A stretch of 64,000 bases of DNA from a virus: the IMG/VR virus record IMGVR_UViG_3300021962_000031. One strand, given 5' to 3'. Shown here piece after piece: positions 1 through 9,792 of the stretch (its first letter is position 1; each line of letters begins with the position of its first letter). A program made the translations under genes and the position numbers. The notes below the pieces were generated by a model that searched no databases, was not told the DNA's origin, and worked only from the letters and a program-made list of their open reading frames with translations.

Positions 1-769
1 CACAACAGCCAGAGGCCATGGCCTCAAGGACGGTGGTCGGGAAGGTGGAGCGGGTGGCCGTGTTCAGGAATATCAGACTTGTGCGGTATGCCTCGGTCAG
101 CTCTTGCACGTTGGCGGCAGCTTTGGACAGCCCGGGCGTATCGCCCAGAACACGAGTGGAAAGATCGGCAGTAGCCAGTTTCCAGAATGAGAAACCGCAA
201 GCGGCGTCTCGCTTGATCCAGTCGTTGACAACGCTCAGGCAGATCGGTTCACGCGGCACCCAAGGCTCATGCGGACAAAACTGATTCGTGTCAATGGCGT
301 TGTATATGACACTAGTGTCGGGAAGGACCTGACTGTCCCATTCCAGTCGCTGATTGTCGGTGATGTAGACATTGTGGTCACCACGCCGAGAAGACACTGC
401 ACGCCGGGTATTTTCGTCCCAGCCTTCTTCGGGCAAGGTGTGTTCCAAACGCAAGAGCGGCACATTGTAGAAGGTCGCAGCCTGTAAAGCCCGGTCAAAC
501 TGGCTATGGTGTTGACATAAGACGAGGTCCAAATCAATTTCTACGGGAATGGCTGGCGACGACGGATGGAAGGGGAGCAGCACATGATTGTCCGGCATGG
601 CGGCGTAGTGATGCACCCAGGGCTTGGCGTACTGGTCGTTCCACAACAAAAAAGTAGCGTTTATATCAGCCCAGGCACTCTGAAACCGTTCGTGCGTGGT
701 AAAGGTCAGGACATTGACCCTCTCCGGCGAACGAACGGCGCTATTCAGAATGCTGGCTATGTTGGGCAT
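1..769 (-). CDS. GT-B (GT4-like) glycosyltransferase, 3' end runs off the window
   Basis: Not in the ORF track. Manual translation of both ends, in the same frame: starts MPNIASILNSAVRSPERVNVLTFTTHERFQ, ends ...IFLNTATRSTFPTTVLEAMASGCC (GT4 EAMASG motif). Confidence 0.8.
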   Translation of the reverse strand, partial: MPNIASILNSAVRSPERVNVLTFTTHERFQSAWADINATFLLWNDQYAKPWVHHYAAMPDNHVLLPFHPSSPAIPVEIDLDLVLCQHHSQFDRALQAATFYNVPLLRLEHTLPEEGWDENTRRAVSSRRGDHNVYITDNQRLEWDSQVLPDTSVIYNAIDTNQFCPHEPWVPREPICLSVVNDWIKRDAACGFSFWKLATADLSTRVLGDTPGLSKAAANVQELTEAYRTSLIFLNTATRSTFPTTVLEAMASGCC

Positions 770-834
770 AACAGTATCCGTTAATAGCGGCCGAAGCGAC
801 CGCTGCTAACGATCTTACCCGGGAAGAGGGAGGC

Positions 835-1578
835 TTAGTCTCCCAAACGCTCAAGGATATGGCGAATTAAGCCATGGCGCTGAACGTCTTCTGGCCCCAG
901 AGTGACCTTGGCGATGTCAGGATGACCCAACTTTTCCCACACCCAGATGAGCGGATTGCCTTCGCTGTGGGGCAAGTCTGTCTGGGTAACGTCTCCGCAA
1001 ACAATGACCTTGGAGTTCTCGCCGAATCGGGTCAAAAACATCTTCATCTGTCGGCGGGTTACATTCTGAGCCTCGTCCAGAATGATCACCGAGTTATGAA
1101 ATGTCCGACCGCGCATCGTTTCCAGGGGGACCACTTCAATGGTCTCTTTGTTGCGACAGTGCTTAAGAAAGCCAGGGTCAAGAAAATCCCCGAAGGCATC
1201 AAACATGGGGGCCATGAAAGGATCGGTCTTTTCGCCCAAAGTTCCAGGCAGGGCGCCCAGTCTTTGACCACATTCCACGATGGGGCGGGTAAGAATAACC
1301 TTCTCAATCTTGTTTTCAGACAACCAGTTGGCGGCCAGACCGCAGGGGATATAGGTTTTGCCACATCCAGCTGGGCCGGTGCAGATTGTTAATGTGCAAG
1401 CCTCGATGTTGTTGATGTAGTTCTGTTGGTTGGGCGTCCGAGCCTTAATTTTTTTGGTGTTCTTCTTGGATACAGCCCGTTGTTCGACGTCGGCGTCTCG
1501 TGCTTCCTGCCAAGGAATCTGGTCTTCGCCATCGAAGTCCTCAAGGAAGTCCGTCCACAGCTTGTTTTTGCGTCGCAT
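835..1578 (-). CDS. phoH: PhoH-family ATPase
   Basis: GPAGCGKT Walker A, LGALPG, MRGRTF, ILDEAQN and GDVTQTDL motifs. Confidence 0.95.
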   Translation of the reverse strand: MRRKNKLWTDFLEDFDGEDQIPWQEARDADVEQRAVSKKNTKKIKARTPNQQNYINNIEACTLTICTGPAGCGKTYIPCGLAANWLSENKIEKVILTRPIVECGQRLGALPGTLGEKTDPFMAPMFDAFGDFLDPGFLKHCRNKETIEVVPLETMRGRTFHNSVIILDEAQNVTRRQMKMFLTRFGENSKVIVCGDVTQTDLPHSEGNPLIWVWEKLGHPDIAKVTLGPEDVQRHGLIRHILERLGD

Positions 1579-2668
1579 GGGTTAAAGCCTCCAGGAAGGT
1601 CTTGCCGACCTTCAGGGGGTTGAATTGGAACGCCACATCCAGACCCCGCGCCGCTTTTACCTGGCGAAGGTCGTCCTCCATGTAAGCCCTTCGCATCAGC
1701 CCAGCCATCTCCAAAGTGAACGGAACCTGCCAATACTCGTCGCCACGGTACAGTTCGGCAGGTTCGTCCTGCCCTCCCGTACAAGGCTCGTCGTAAGTTG
1801 GAATCAGATAACCGGTCTCCTCGGAGATATAGGACTGATATGTTCCGGTGTCGGGTACGATGGGGGTTTTGCCCATCGCCATAGCATCGAATGCGGGATA
1901 TGACCAAGCTTCGCCACAGGAAGCCTGGACAAAACAGTTGGCGTATGCGTGGAGGCCCATGAGTTCGTCCTCACTCAATCTTTCGGTGAGAACGACAACC
2001 TCCGGCAGATAGTGAAGCTTCATTCCGTTGGCGATTTCTTGCATCATCGCCTGGACGCGGTGTTGTTCACCGTTTGTCTTAATGATGAGGACTGTATTGT
2101 CGGTGGGTCGGAATGCGCTGAAATAACTTTTGATCAGACCGCCCAAGTTCTTGCGCCGAACATTTTCGCTAATCGTGTAGAAGATAAATTTGCCAGCCTT
2201 GACATAAGGCTGGAGAAAACTGGGGACTGTGTGGGTTTTCATGTAGCGGTCGGGATCGCTGGGCAAGGGCAGGCTAGCCACAGGGACTTTGACATTGCTG
2301 TTCTTACAGGCCTCGGTCGAGATACCGGGCGTGGTGACCACAAGGTCCATCTGATTCAAACGCAGGTCCCACCCCGCCGAATTAAAGCGGGAAGCCTCGT
2401 AATAAAAGTTGGCCACATTCAGACCCAGTCTGCGGTCGAACAAGGTGACTGACGGGAGGGTGTGCTGGATGACCACATCCCATTTGGTGGGCGGGTTTTT
2501 TTCTTCCAGTCGATAGATTCTTTCTGGGCAGGATTGTTGACCGCCATTGAAAGTGATTGGACGACAGACGACATTGGCCCCGGCTGTCTCCAAAGCAATG
2601 GCTGATTCGCAACAAGCTCTTGCGTAGCCTGTGCCGTCGTGAAAATTTCCCACATAGAGAATATTCAT
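1541..2668 (-). CDS. GT-B (GT4-like) glycosyltransferase
   Basis: GTGYA N-terminal loop, RKNL, SCGEAWSYPAFDAMAMG donor-binding motif. Confidence 0.85.
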   Translation of the reverse strand: MNILYVGNFHDGTGYARACCESAIALETAGANVVCRPITFNGGQQSCPERIYRLEEKNPPTKWDVVIQHTLPSVTLFDRRLGLNVANFYYEASRFNSAGWDLRLNQMDLVVTTPGISTEACKNSNVKVPVASLPLPSDPDRYMKTHTVPSFLQPYVKAGKFIFYTISENVRRKNLGGLIKSYFSAFRPTDNTVLIIKTNGEQHRVQAMMQEIANGMKLHYLPEVVVLTERLSEDELMGLHAYANCFVQASCGEAWSYPAFDAMAMGKTPIVPDTGTYQSYISEETGYLIPTYDEPCTGGQDEPAELYRGDEYWQVPFTLEMAGLMRRAYMEDDLRQVKAARGLDVAFQFNPLKVGKTFLEALTHATQKQAVDGLP

Positions 2669-4263
2669 GACCGCTGAGCCTCCCAGAACTCCACACGCTC
2701 ACGCTCCGCACAAAGTTGCGCCCAGGCATGCTTCCGTTCGTAGCCGCCCAGTCTGCCGCCAGGCCCGAAGCCGGTAAAACGTCCGGGAGTGAAGGTGGTA
2801 TCGCAAAAAGTCCTTGAGAGGTCTCGGGTCATTCTCTGAGCCACAAAACCAGCCTGGGCCGAAGAAATACCCAGGGCTGACTGAAACGCCTCGTCAACCC
2901 ACTCTCTGTTAGTGAGATGATCAGGGGGCATTTGCAGAGGTGGCAATTTTCGTGCAGTATCTTGATATCTTTTTATAGGTGGTGAAAGTTTACTGATTGC
3001 ATTGTGCCAAATCCCACCCGCTAGATCATAGTCAAAAGTTTTGATGGCCAAATCTCGTTGCTTGGAGCCAATTGCTCTACGAGCAGCTGGAGGCAACAAA
3101 AGAAGGTTGTTCAAAATTGCGATAAGATCATCGTTTTTAGGTAGGGCCATAACTCGGCCCGTTTCCAGTTCGGTGAATGTGCGCTCGACCGAAATGGCTT
3201 GGGCATCCAAAGCGGACGCCACACTGGACATGGCAGTAAAATCGACCGAGGTCACCGGAACACCACAGGAGGCAGCTTCCACCTGGGGCATTCCAAATCC
3301 CTCGCAGACCGAGTATTGTACGAACACGTCCATGGATGAATACACCGGGCGCATGAACGCACGGGGCAGGCCAGCAGCCACGCCGGGAGTGGTTAATTCC
3401 CCACTAGCACAGAAGGGGCAGTACCCCGAAGGTAGCTGCCAAAGCAAGGCAGAGGCCCTGTCGCACTTCTTGCACGCAAAAGTAAACAGGGTTCTGTGGG
3501 CCACATTGTAGCGAAGAAGGTATTTAGGGATGTCCCACCCAACATCCGGCCATGCCGTGTGACAATATAGATACAATCGATTGGCAATATGGGCTGGTGC
3601 GGACAGCAAGAACTTCTCAAAAGTTTCAAATAAATCCGGCAACAATTTCCGGCCTTGGTTTCGCATGACCGTCCCAATAACTAGGGCATCCTGCGAGATG
3701 TTGAGGGCCTTTCGCGCCTCCTTTTGGTCAAGTGGATGAAACACATCCGGCTCAGCACCAGGAGAAGCAACCCCAAACAAATTAAGACCAGGAAACTTCT
3801 TCAGGACGTCAAAACCATACTGAGAGTAAGCGAGAATCGCATCGGCACGGTTGAGAATCGCAATCCATTCCTCATCTTGCGGCTCACCGTCTACTGGATG
3901 CATGAATACCCAACGGAAATAGTCGCGCAGGGGAGAATAGGCGATGAACGAATCCTGCCACGGATCACGCATGGAGATCACGACATCGGGCCGGAACTTC
4001 ACCACCGCTTCCTCAAAAGCCGTAGCTCCAAGAGCGGCGTTGGAGTTAATCAACGCAGACGATGGATAATCATCACCTCTGGTAGTCACAAAAAAGGCGG
4101 GCCAGGGAGACCCGGCCCGCCTTGGATCGTTTGGAGTGCCGTAACACGCCAATTCACCGATTTCGTGACCAACAGCTTTTAGTCTTCGGGCGATCTGTAG
4201 CGCATAAGTGGCGTAGCCGGTTTGCAGCCAAGTCGCCTCGCCAACTAGAAGGATGCGGGCCAT
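2665..4263 (-). CDS. GT-B glycosyltransferase with inserted CxxC..CxxC zinc ribbon
   Basis: TGYATY, RNQGRK, EGFGMPQVEAASCGVP; CKKC...CPFC insertion. Confidence 0.85.
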   Translation of the reverse strand: MARILLVGEATWLQTGYATYALQIARRLKAVGHEIGELACYGTPNDPRRAGSPWPAFFVTTRGDDYPSSALINSNAALGATAFEEAVVKFRPDVVISMRDPWQDSFIAYSPLRDYFRWVFMHPVDGEPQDEEWIAILNRADAILAYSQYGFDVLKKFPGLNLFGVASPGAEPDVFHPLDQKEARKALNISQDALVIGTVMRNQGRKLLPDLFETFEKFLLSAPAHIANRLYLYCHTAWPDVGWDIPKYLLRYNVAHRTLFTFACKKCDRASALLWQLPSGYCPFCASGELTTPGVAAGLPRAFMRPVYSSMDVFVQYSVCEGFGMPQVEAASCGVPVTSVDFTAMSSVASALDAQAISVERTFTELETGRVMALPKNDDLIAILNNLLLLPPAARRAIGSKQRDLAIKTFDYDLAGGIWHNAISKLSPPIKRYQDTARKLPPLQMPPDHLTNREWVDEAFQSALGISSAQAGFVAQRMTRDLSRTFCDTTFTPGRFTGFGPGGRLGGYERKHAWAQLCAERERVEFWEAQRS

Positions 4264-4272
4264 TGCTTATTC

Positions 4273-4701
4273 TCAGAAGGGGATTTCTTCGGCGTCATTA
4301 CCGCTGGCAAAACCGGGGCCGTCCTCTTGGTCGGCACCCACACCCGCTCCAACAGCAGAGCGGCTACTGCCCTTGGCTTCATTTTTGCCACCAAGGAAGG
4401 TGAAGTTGTTCACCCGGAAGCGCAAAGTCGAACGCTTGCTGCCGGTGGCCTTGTCGGTCCATGAGTCGGTGCGGGCGGTGGCCGTGACGGCGATCTTGGA
4501 ACCCTTCTTCATGTACTCGGCAATGATGTCTGCCGATTTGTCCCAGGCTTCGCAATCGATGAAGGCGACTTCTTCCTCGCCGTTCTTGCTCTTGCGACCG
4601 CCGTTCACCGCAATTGTGAATTTCACTACGCGGTGATCAGCCCCGACCGAGTGAACTTCAGGGTCACGCACAAAGTTCCCAATAAATACGCAATTGTTCA
4701 C
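4273..4701 (-). CDS. ssb: Single-stranded DNA-binding protein
   Basis: GNFVRDPE OB-fold start, FIDCEAW, acidic C-terminal tail EEIPF. Confidence 0.95.
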   Translation of the reverse strand: MNNCVFIGNFVRDPEVHSVGADHRVVKFTIAVNGGRKSKNGEEEVAFIDCEAWDKSADIIAEYMKKGSKIAVTATARTDSWTDKATGSKRSTLRFRVNNFTFLGGKNEAKGSSRSAVGAGVGADQEDGPGFASGNDAEEIPF

Positions 4702-4709
4702 AATTCACC

Positions 4710-6332
4710 TCATGTCATCTGAAAAACCTTGCGCACGACTAACGAGTTCCGTTTCGGGTCTCGTTCGCCCTGCACCAAAACCGTGTTGCCCTGAGTAAGG
4801 AGGTGCTTATATTCCTCCCACGGCTCAGAGAAACACACGACATCATCGAGAACGCCCGACGAGTCGGACAAAGTGAGGAACGCCATAAACGTCCCCTTCT
4901 TTGTTTTGAAGGACCGTGCGGCCCGAACTTCAACCCCCAGCAGGAGGAAGCCGGTCTTGCCAGCCCGAAATTCGCCACAGGTCGTATTCGCATCGCCCAG
5001 ATCGCAACCGTCAACGCGGGAGCAGGTCAAGGCAAAACCAAAAACCTGTTCTTCAGCCCAAGCCATCCAGGCAGGATGATCGTTAATAGGAGTCGGTGGA
5101 TTTTCCAACAAATCAGCTTGGCCACGAATTAAGGCGCCGCGCTTCACATTGGCGACCCCACCGCCTTCTTTCTTCGGTTTAGCCAGCTTGCGAAGCAAAT
5201 CAATGAAGGTTTCACCCTCATAATTTTTGGCTGCCCACTCCGCTTCCTTGTCAGTCAGTTTGACATCCAATTCAGCCAACATCCGCTGGCGTTTTATACC
5301 CGTCCAATCCAAGGCTCCGGCCATGATCAGCTTATGATTCACGGACGGCGTCTCGGCGGCGACATGGAGAAGCCACTCAGCCCAGGTGAAGGTGGTGGCT
5401 TTCTTGTCCAACTTCGCCTCGGCTTTGTTCATGGCTTCAAAGAGCTTGTGCAAGTTGGACTGGCCTAGCCCCTTGATATTACTCAAGCCAAAGTGGATAT
5501 CGACTCCGTCCGTCCAAAAGGTCAGTTGGCGACAGCGCACATCGGGGGGGAAGACTTCGATCCCAGCCCGCCTTGCGTCCTCGACCAGCTCCATCACCTC
5601 TTGGTCAGGATCAACCTTGTCTTCAGCGAAGGACAACCAGGAGGTGTAAAACTGCACCGGGAAGTGGGACTTGAGATAGGCGGTGTCGTACCCAGTCAGC
5701 CCGTAGCTCATGCTGTGGGACTTGTTGAATTGATACCGACCGGACTTCTCAATCCAGCCCCAGATGGTCTCGGCCACATCCATGGAGACCACCTTGATCT
5801 TTTCCGCTCCTTCCAGAAATAGTTTTTTGACCTCAGCCATTTCCTTCTGGTCTTTTTTGCCGATGGCCTTGCGCAACCGGTCAACCTGCTTGAGATCGAA
5901 ACCGGCCAACTTGGCCCCGATCTGCATGGACTGTTCCTGGTACACGAGAATCTGCTCAGTAGGAGACAGAATCTCGTCGAGAGCGGGGTCAAACGACTCC
6001 ACCGGCTCTTCCTTGTTGACGCGACGGCAGTAGTGTTCGGTCAAAGAAATGCCGTTTTCATCCTTGGCTGCCAAACAACCTGGACGCAAAAGGGCGCCCA
6101 GAGCCGAAAGGTGTTCGTTATTCCTGGGGCGTAACTTCTTAGCCCAAGTAGCACCCAAACGACTCTCTAGCTGAAAGACTCCCTTGGTATTGCCAACCGA
6201 CATGAGGTCCCACGCCAAGTTACAATCTGGCAAGTTGGAGACATCCACATCAAGCAGAGGCAAAGCCCCAGGCCGGGGCGGGTCTCCCACCACCGGCCAA
6301 ACGCAACCACAAGGGAGGCTAAAATGACTCAT
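4710..6332 (-). CDS. dnaE: DNA polymerase III alpha, C-terminal half (fingers, HhH, OB fold)
   Basis: GVFQLES, LRPG, ILVYQEQ, LRKAIGKK, YQFNKSHS, FGLSNIKGLG, MAFLTLSD. The ATG at 6332 overlaps the upstream stop (ATGA); the track start is 6356. Confidence 0.93.
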   Translation of the reverse strand: MSHFSLPCGCVWPVVGDPPRPGALPLLDVDVSNLPDCNLAWDLMSVGNTKGVFQLESRLGATWAKKLRPRNNEHLSALGALLRPGCLAAKDENGISLTEHYCRRVNKEEPVESFDPALDEILSPTEQILVYQEQSMQIGAKLAGFDLKQVDRLRKAIGKKDQKEMAEVKKLFLEGAEKIKVVSMDVAETIWGWIEKSGRYQFNKSHSMSYGLTGYDTAYLKSHFPVQFYTSWLSFAEDKVDPDQEVMELVEDARRAGIEVFPPDVRCRQLTFWTDGVDIHFGLSNIKGLGQSNLHKLFEAMNKAEAKLDKKATTFTWAEWLLHVAAETPSVNHKLIMAGALDWTGIKRQRMLAELDVKLTDKEAEWAAKNYEGETFIDLLRKLAKPKKEGGGVANVKRGALIRGQADLLENPPTPINDHPAWMAWAEEQVFGFALTCSRVDGCDLGDANTTCGEFRAGKTGFLLLGVEVRAARSFKTKKGTFMAFLTLSDSSGVLDDVVCFSEPWEEYKHLLTQGNTVLVQGERDPKRNSLVVRKVFQMT

Positions 6333-6985
6333 GCGATCAGGGTGCTTTTGGCACACGCCCCCTTGAAGTTGATCTTTTCAGCGTAAAAACGATGCACTTT
6401 TAAGAAACGGACAATCAATTCTGCCGTCTGTTTCGTGTCTATCATCGCCGAGTGCGCCCCATCCTTGCTCAATCCGAAATAACCGCGAAGCGTATCCATC
6501 TTGCGGTCGGGCAGTTCCTCGCTGTTGTGAAACCAGAACTCCAGCATGTCTTCAAGGTCATAGACCTTTCGGCGATGGAAAAGGTTTTGATCACCGTTCT
6601 TGTCGGTGAAACCATACTTCTGACACAAGCGATTGAAGATTGGCAGATCAAACAGTCGGATGTTTTTGCCAGCGGCAATAGGGGCCGACCCGAACGAATT
6701 ACCCTTGGGATTGAACCGCTTGATGAAGGTGGCAAAGCTCCTCCAAACGGCCTCCTGCTCAGGGGCTTTTTTCAATTGATCCCGCGTCTTACCGTTGACG
6801 GCCAGAGCCTGGTCTTGCAGGAGAGAGAAATCAGTCGGCTTGCACAGGCTGTAGAATGTGCCATCGGGCACGACCGACAGAGTCCGCGGGTTGATCGCCA
6901 CCGCAGCAATCTCAATCGGTTCGGTGGTCCTGATGTCAAGACCACCAGTCTCAAAATCAAAACAAATGATGATGTTACTGGTCAT
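6329..6985 (-). CDS. DEDDh 3'-5' exonuclease (DnaQ/epsilon-like)
   Basis: FDFETGG (ExoI), NIRLFD (ExoII), HSAMID (ExoIII). Confidence 0.9.
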   Translation of the reverse strand: MTSNIIICFDFETGGLDIRTTEPIEIAAVAINPRTLSVVPDGTFYSLCKPTDFSLLQDQALAVNGKTRDQLKKAPEQEAVWRSFATFIKRFNPKGNSFGSAPIAAGKNIRLFDLPIFNRLCQKYGFTDKNGDQNLFHRRKVYDLEDMLEFWFHNSEELPDRKMDTLRGYFGLSKDGAHSAMIDTKQTAELIVRFLKVHRFYAEKINFKGACAKSTLIA

Positions 6986-7275
6986 TCTCCACCCTCCACT
7001 TCCTCGACCCACAACCGGATTGATTCACCATCGTTGACGATTTCGTGTTTCAGTTCGCAAGTGGGCGATTCTCCGGCAGAGATGAAAGCATTGGTCATAT
7101 TGACCTCGCCGCCTGCCATGATCACCAAGGCCTTGATCATGTGGCCGAGTTCTTCGCCAAGCTTTTTCTTGCTTTCGGTCAATTCTGCCAAAGCATCTAA
7201 AAGCGCAAGATTATGCGCCACAACCCTTTGCGGAAAGTCCATTTCTTCTGACTCTTCTTCAAATTTGTCAAACAC
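6982..7275 (-). CDS. Hypothetical acidic protein between the DnaE halves
   Basis: 97-aa ORF overlapping both neighbours by 4-8 nt. Confidence 0.65.
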   Translation of the reverse strand: MFDKFEEESEEMDFPQRVVAHNLALLDALAELTESKKKLGEELGHMIKALVIMAGGEVNMTNAFISAGESPTCELKHEIVNDGESIRLWVEEVEGGE

Positions 7276-9193
7276 GCACGGCTCCCCCTTTTAGAAGCGA
7301 AACGGCCCCCTGAATTTTGTCAAGCGCAGCCACCCCAAGAATGTCAAACTTGACAAAACCCATGGCCTCAAGATCGGCCATCTCAACCCCACAAATCCTG
7401 CGATTCGTAGACTTATCAAAGATCATAGGACAATTGTCAGCTAATGATCTAGGTGCAATCACAACACCAGCAGCATGTTTTGATTGATTTCGTTTGGTTC
7501 CTTCCAGTCGTATGGCTTGGGCGAATTCTGCCGCAAGAGGACCATCTAAAGTCCCATCATCTTTTAGACGGCACCATGGCGACAGTTCCTTCACATTGTT
7601 TTCTAGCGCCCACATCAGGATGCTGGCCTCGCCAGTCTCCTCGCGCATTTCCTGGAGTTCATCGGCAATAGCAGCTTCATCAGGAATATGCTCAGTAATT
7701 TTATTTATTTCATCAAAAGTTCCTTTTTCATGAGCGCGTAAAACATCCTTGATGGCTGCTCTTCCTTGTAGGCGCGAGAAGGTAACCATCTGGGCCACCT
7801 TGTCCTCGCCGTACCGTTCACGCATATGCTGAACGACCTCGTCACGGTGGGAGATGGGGAAGTCGCAGTCAATGTCAGGCAAGGACACGCGACCTGGCTG
7901 ATTACGGCCTGCGTTATAAAAACGCTCAAACAATAAGCTGTATTTGACTGGGTCCACGTTGGTGATATCTAGAAGATAACTCACTAAACAGCCAGCACCC
8001 GAACCACGCCCCTTACCGACCAACCAACCCTGACTCCGTGCCCAGTTGCAATATTCCTGCACGATCAAAAAGTAGGGAGATAAACCCGCCTCCATGATGA
8101 CGGCCAGTTCCCTCTTGATCCGATCTCCATAAACGCCATGATCGGCCTTGTCGGAGGTGATCCCGGGCAGCTTGCGTTTCCATCCTTCACGGCAAAGCTG
8201 GCGAACATAATCGTCAGCTGACATGTCGTTAGGGCAGTCGAACTGGGGCAGGAAGGGCTTGGACAGAATGTCGTAGTCCCCGCACAATTCGGCGATTTCC
8301 AAGGTAGCATCGATCTCATGGGACTCGTGCAGGCCTTTGACTTCGTCAAAATCGGGAATGTGGTAGCGATTGCTGCGGAAAAAGCCACCCAACGAAACAT
8401 CTTCTTGCTTGGCGAGAGCAGCCTGAATGGTAGGCAGGGTTGTCTGCATGGCCGAACATAACAACACCCGCTGGTCAGCAGCGTCCTCTTGGGCCGGATA
8501 GTGGGCGTCTGGAGTGCTGACGGTCTTCAGGCCATGCTTCTTAGCGTAATAACGCAGGGCGCGAACCCCCACCATAGCGGCGGGCAGGTTCTCCTGATCG
8601 ACCGCCTGGATTTCTACCCAAACATTCTCAGCTCCAAACAAGTCGCGGTAACGCTTGGTGATATTGTTCAGGCGGGTTTCCCAGTCCGATGCCACCATTG
8701 CTCGGGCCTGCTCGTAAGTCTGCGCCCCATAAACAGCCTTGGGGTTAATAAACAGAGCATTGAAAAAGTCGCTTCCCGGGTGGCCAGAGAAGACGATCAG
8801 CTTGCCGTCTGCATGCTTGCCAAGAAGGTCAAGGTCAAGGCGGGGCTTGCGATAAAAATGGTTGGGGTCGTTACTAGCGTTTGAAGCCTGGATAAGGCGT
8901 TTCCAACCCTCCTCCCCCTTGGCCAACACGCACAAGTGCGATAGCGCACCGTTCTCCTGGCGCTTGTCAAACGCCGGACCTTGGCAGAGATAGAACTCGC
9001 ACCCCAGGATAGGTTTGATATTCTTCTTCCGCAAAGCCTTGGAAAAAGCGGCAACGCCAGAAAGCGTACCGTGATCCGTGATGGCGCAGGTCTTGTAGCC
9101 CAACTTTTCACAGCGGGCCGCAATAGCGTCCGGCTTAGAAAGGCCGTCAAGAAGAGAAAAATAACTGTGACAATGTAGCGGAACCCAACTCAT
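7268..9193 (-). CDS. dnaE: DNA polymerase III alpha, N-terminal half (PHP + palm + thumb)
   Basis: LHCHSYFSLLDG, TDHG, DAHY, GRGSGAG, LLFERF, PDIDCD, HAAGVVI, KFDILG, then stop. Start set at MSWVPLH. Confidence 0.95.
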   Translation of the reverse strand: MSWVPLHCHSYFSLLDGLSKPDAIAARCEKLGYKTCAITDHGTLSGVAAFSKALRKKNIKPILGCEFYLCQGPAFDKRQENGALSHLCVLAKGEEGWKRLIQASNASNDPNHFYRKPRLDLDLLGKHADGKLIVFSGHPGSDFFNALFINPKAVYGAQTYEQARAMVASDWETRLNNITKRYRDLFGAENVWVEIQAVDQENLPAAMVGVRALRYYAKKHGLKTVSTPDAHYPAQEDAADQRVLLCSAMQTTLPTIQAALAKQEDVSLGGFFRSNRYHIPDFDEVKGLHESHEIDATLEIAELCGDYDILSKPFLPQFDCPNDMSADDYVRQLCREGWKRKLPGITSDKADHGVYGDRIKRELAVIMEAGLSPYFLIVQEYCNWARSQGWLVGKGRGSGAGCLVSYLLDITNVDPVKYSLLFERFYNAGRNQPGRVSLPDIDCDFPISHRDEVVQHMRERYGEDKVAQMVTFSRLQGRAAIKDVLRAHEKGTFDEINKITEHIPDEAAIADELQEMREETGEASILMWALENNVKELSPWCRLKDDGTLDGPLAAEFAQAIRLEGTKRNQSKHAAGVVIAPRSLADNCPMIFDKSTNRRICGVEMADLEAMGFVKFDILGVAALDKIQGAVSLLKGGAVRV

Positions 9194-9213
9194 CAATCCC
9201 CACCTTCCCCTGC

Positions 9214-9792
9214 TTATTCTTCCGCAACAAAATTGAAATAGCGAACTTGATCCTTGACCCACCCAAGGAACTTGTCCATGTCGCGAAAATGACCGTCAAC
9301 AGTCAGATGTCCCCGGCTGTTGTAAAGTCTCGGAAAGAGAATAGTAGAACCGCCATGCTCCAAAAATCTCTTGGCGTTCACTTCGTAGTCGTCAATAAGA
9401 ATTTTGCCGTATCCGGCCATCAAATGCTTGGAGGCGCCCACAACAAAACGATGACTGTATTTGGGTAGGTGCTTATTGATCCAAGCAATCTTGCCCTCGG
9501 TGCAACCGGGAGTAGAGGCGGGAGCGGTCGCAATCACCACTCTTTCCCCAAACACTTCCTCCACAATACCCAACACCTTATCGTGTTCTTCAGTCTTGGG
9601 CAGGTTGGCCCAGAAGTCGTAGCCCATTGGCTCCCAGAACTTCTTCTCGTTGTCGCCAACAAATCCAAGTTTGTGGTGAAAATTCCAACAATCCACATCT
9701 TTGTGAGTCACAGGAAGATTGTGGAGGGCGATGGCCCCGGCGGTAAAATCCGCCAGGACCCCGTCCAAATCAAGGTAGCAGGTCAACTTCAC
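9214..9792 (-). CDS. HAD-family 5'(3')-deoxyribonucleotidase
   Basis: DLDGVLADF, K..WI, LIDD motifs. Confidence 0.85.
   Translation of the reverse strand: MKLTCYLDLDGVLADFTAGAIALHNLPVTHKDVDCWNFHHKLGFVGDNEKKFWEPMGYDFWANLPKTEEHDKVLGIVEEVFGERVVIATAPASTPGCTEGKIAWINKHLPKYSHRFVVGASKHLMAGYGKILIDDYEVNAKRFLEHGGSTILFPRLYNSRGHLTVDGHFRDMDKFLGWVKDQVRYFNFVAEE

Noticed and set aside
6329-7275. Split intein or intron joining the DnaE halves
   Set aside because: No intein N- or C-terminal blocks at the break, and the interval is fully occupied by coupled ORFs.
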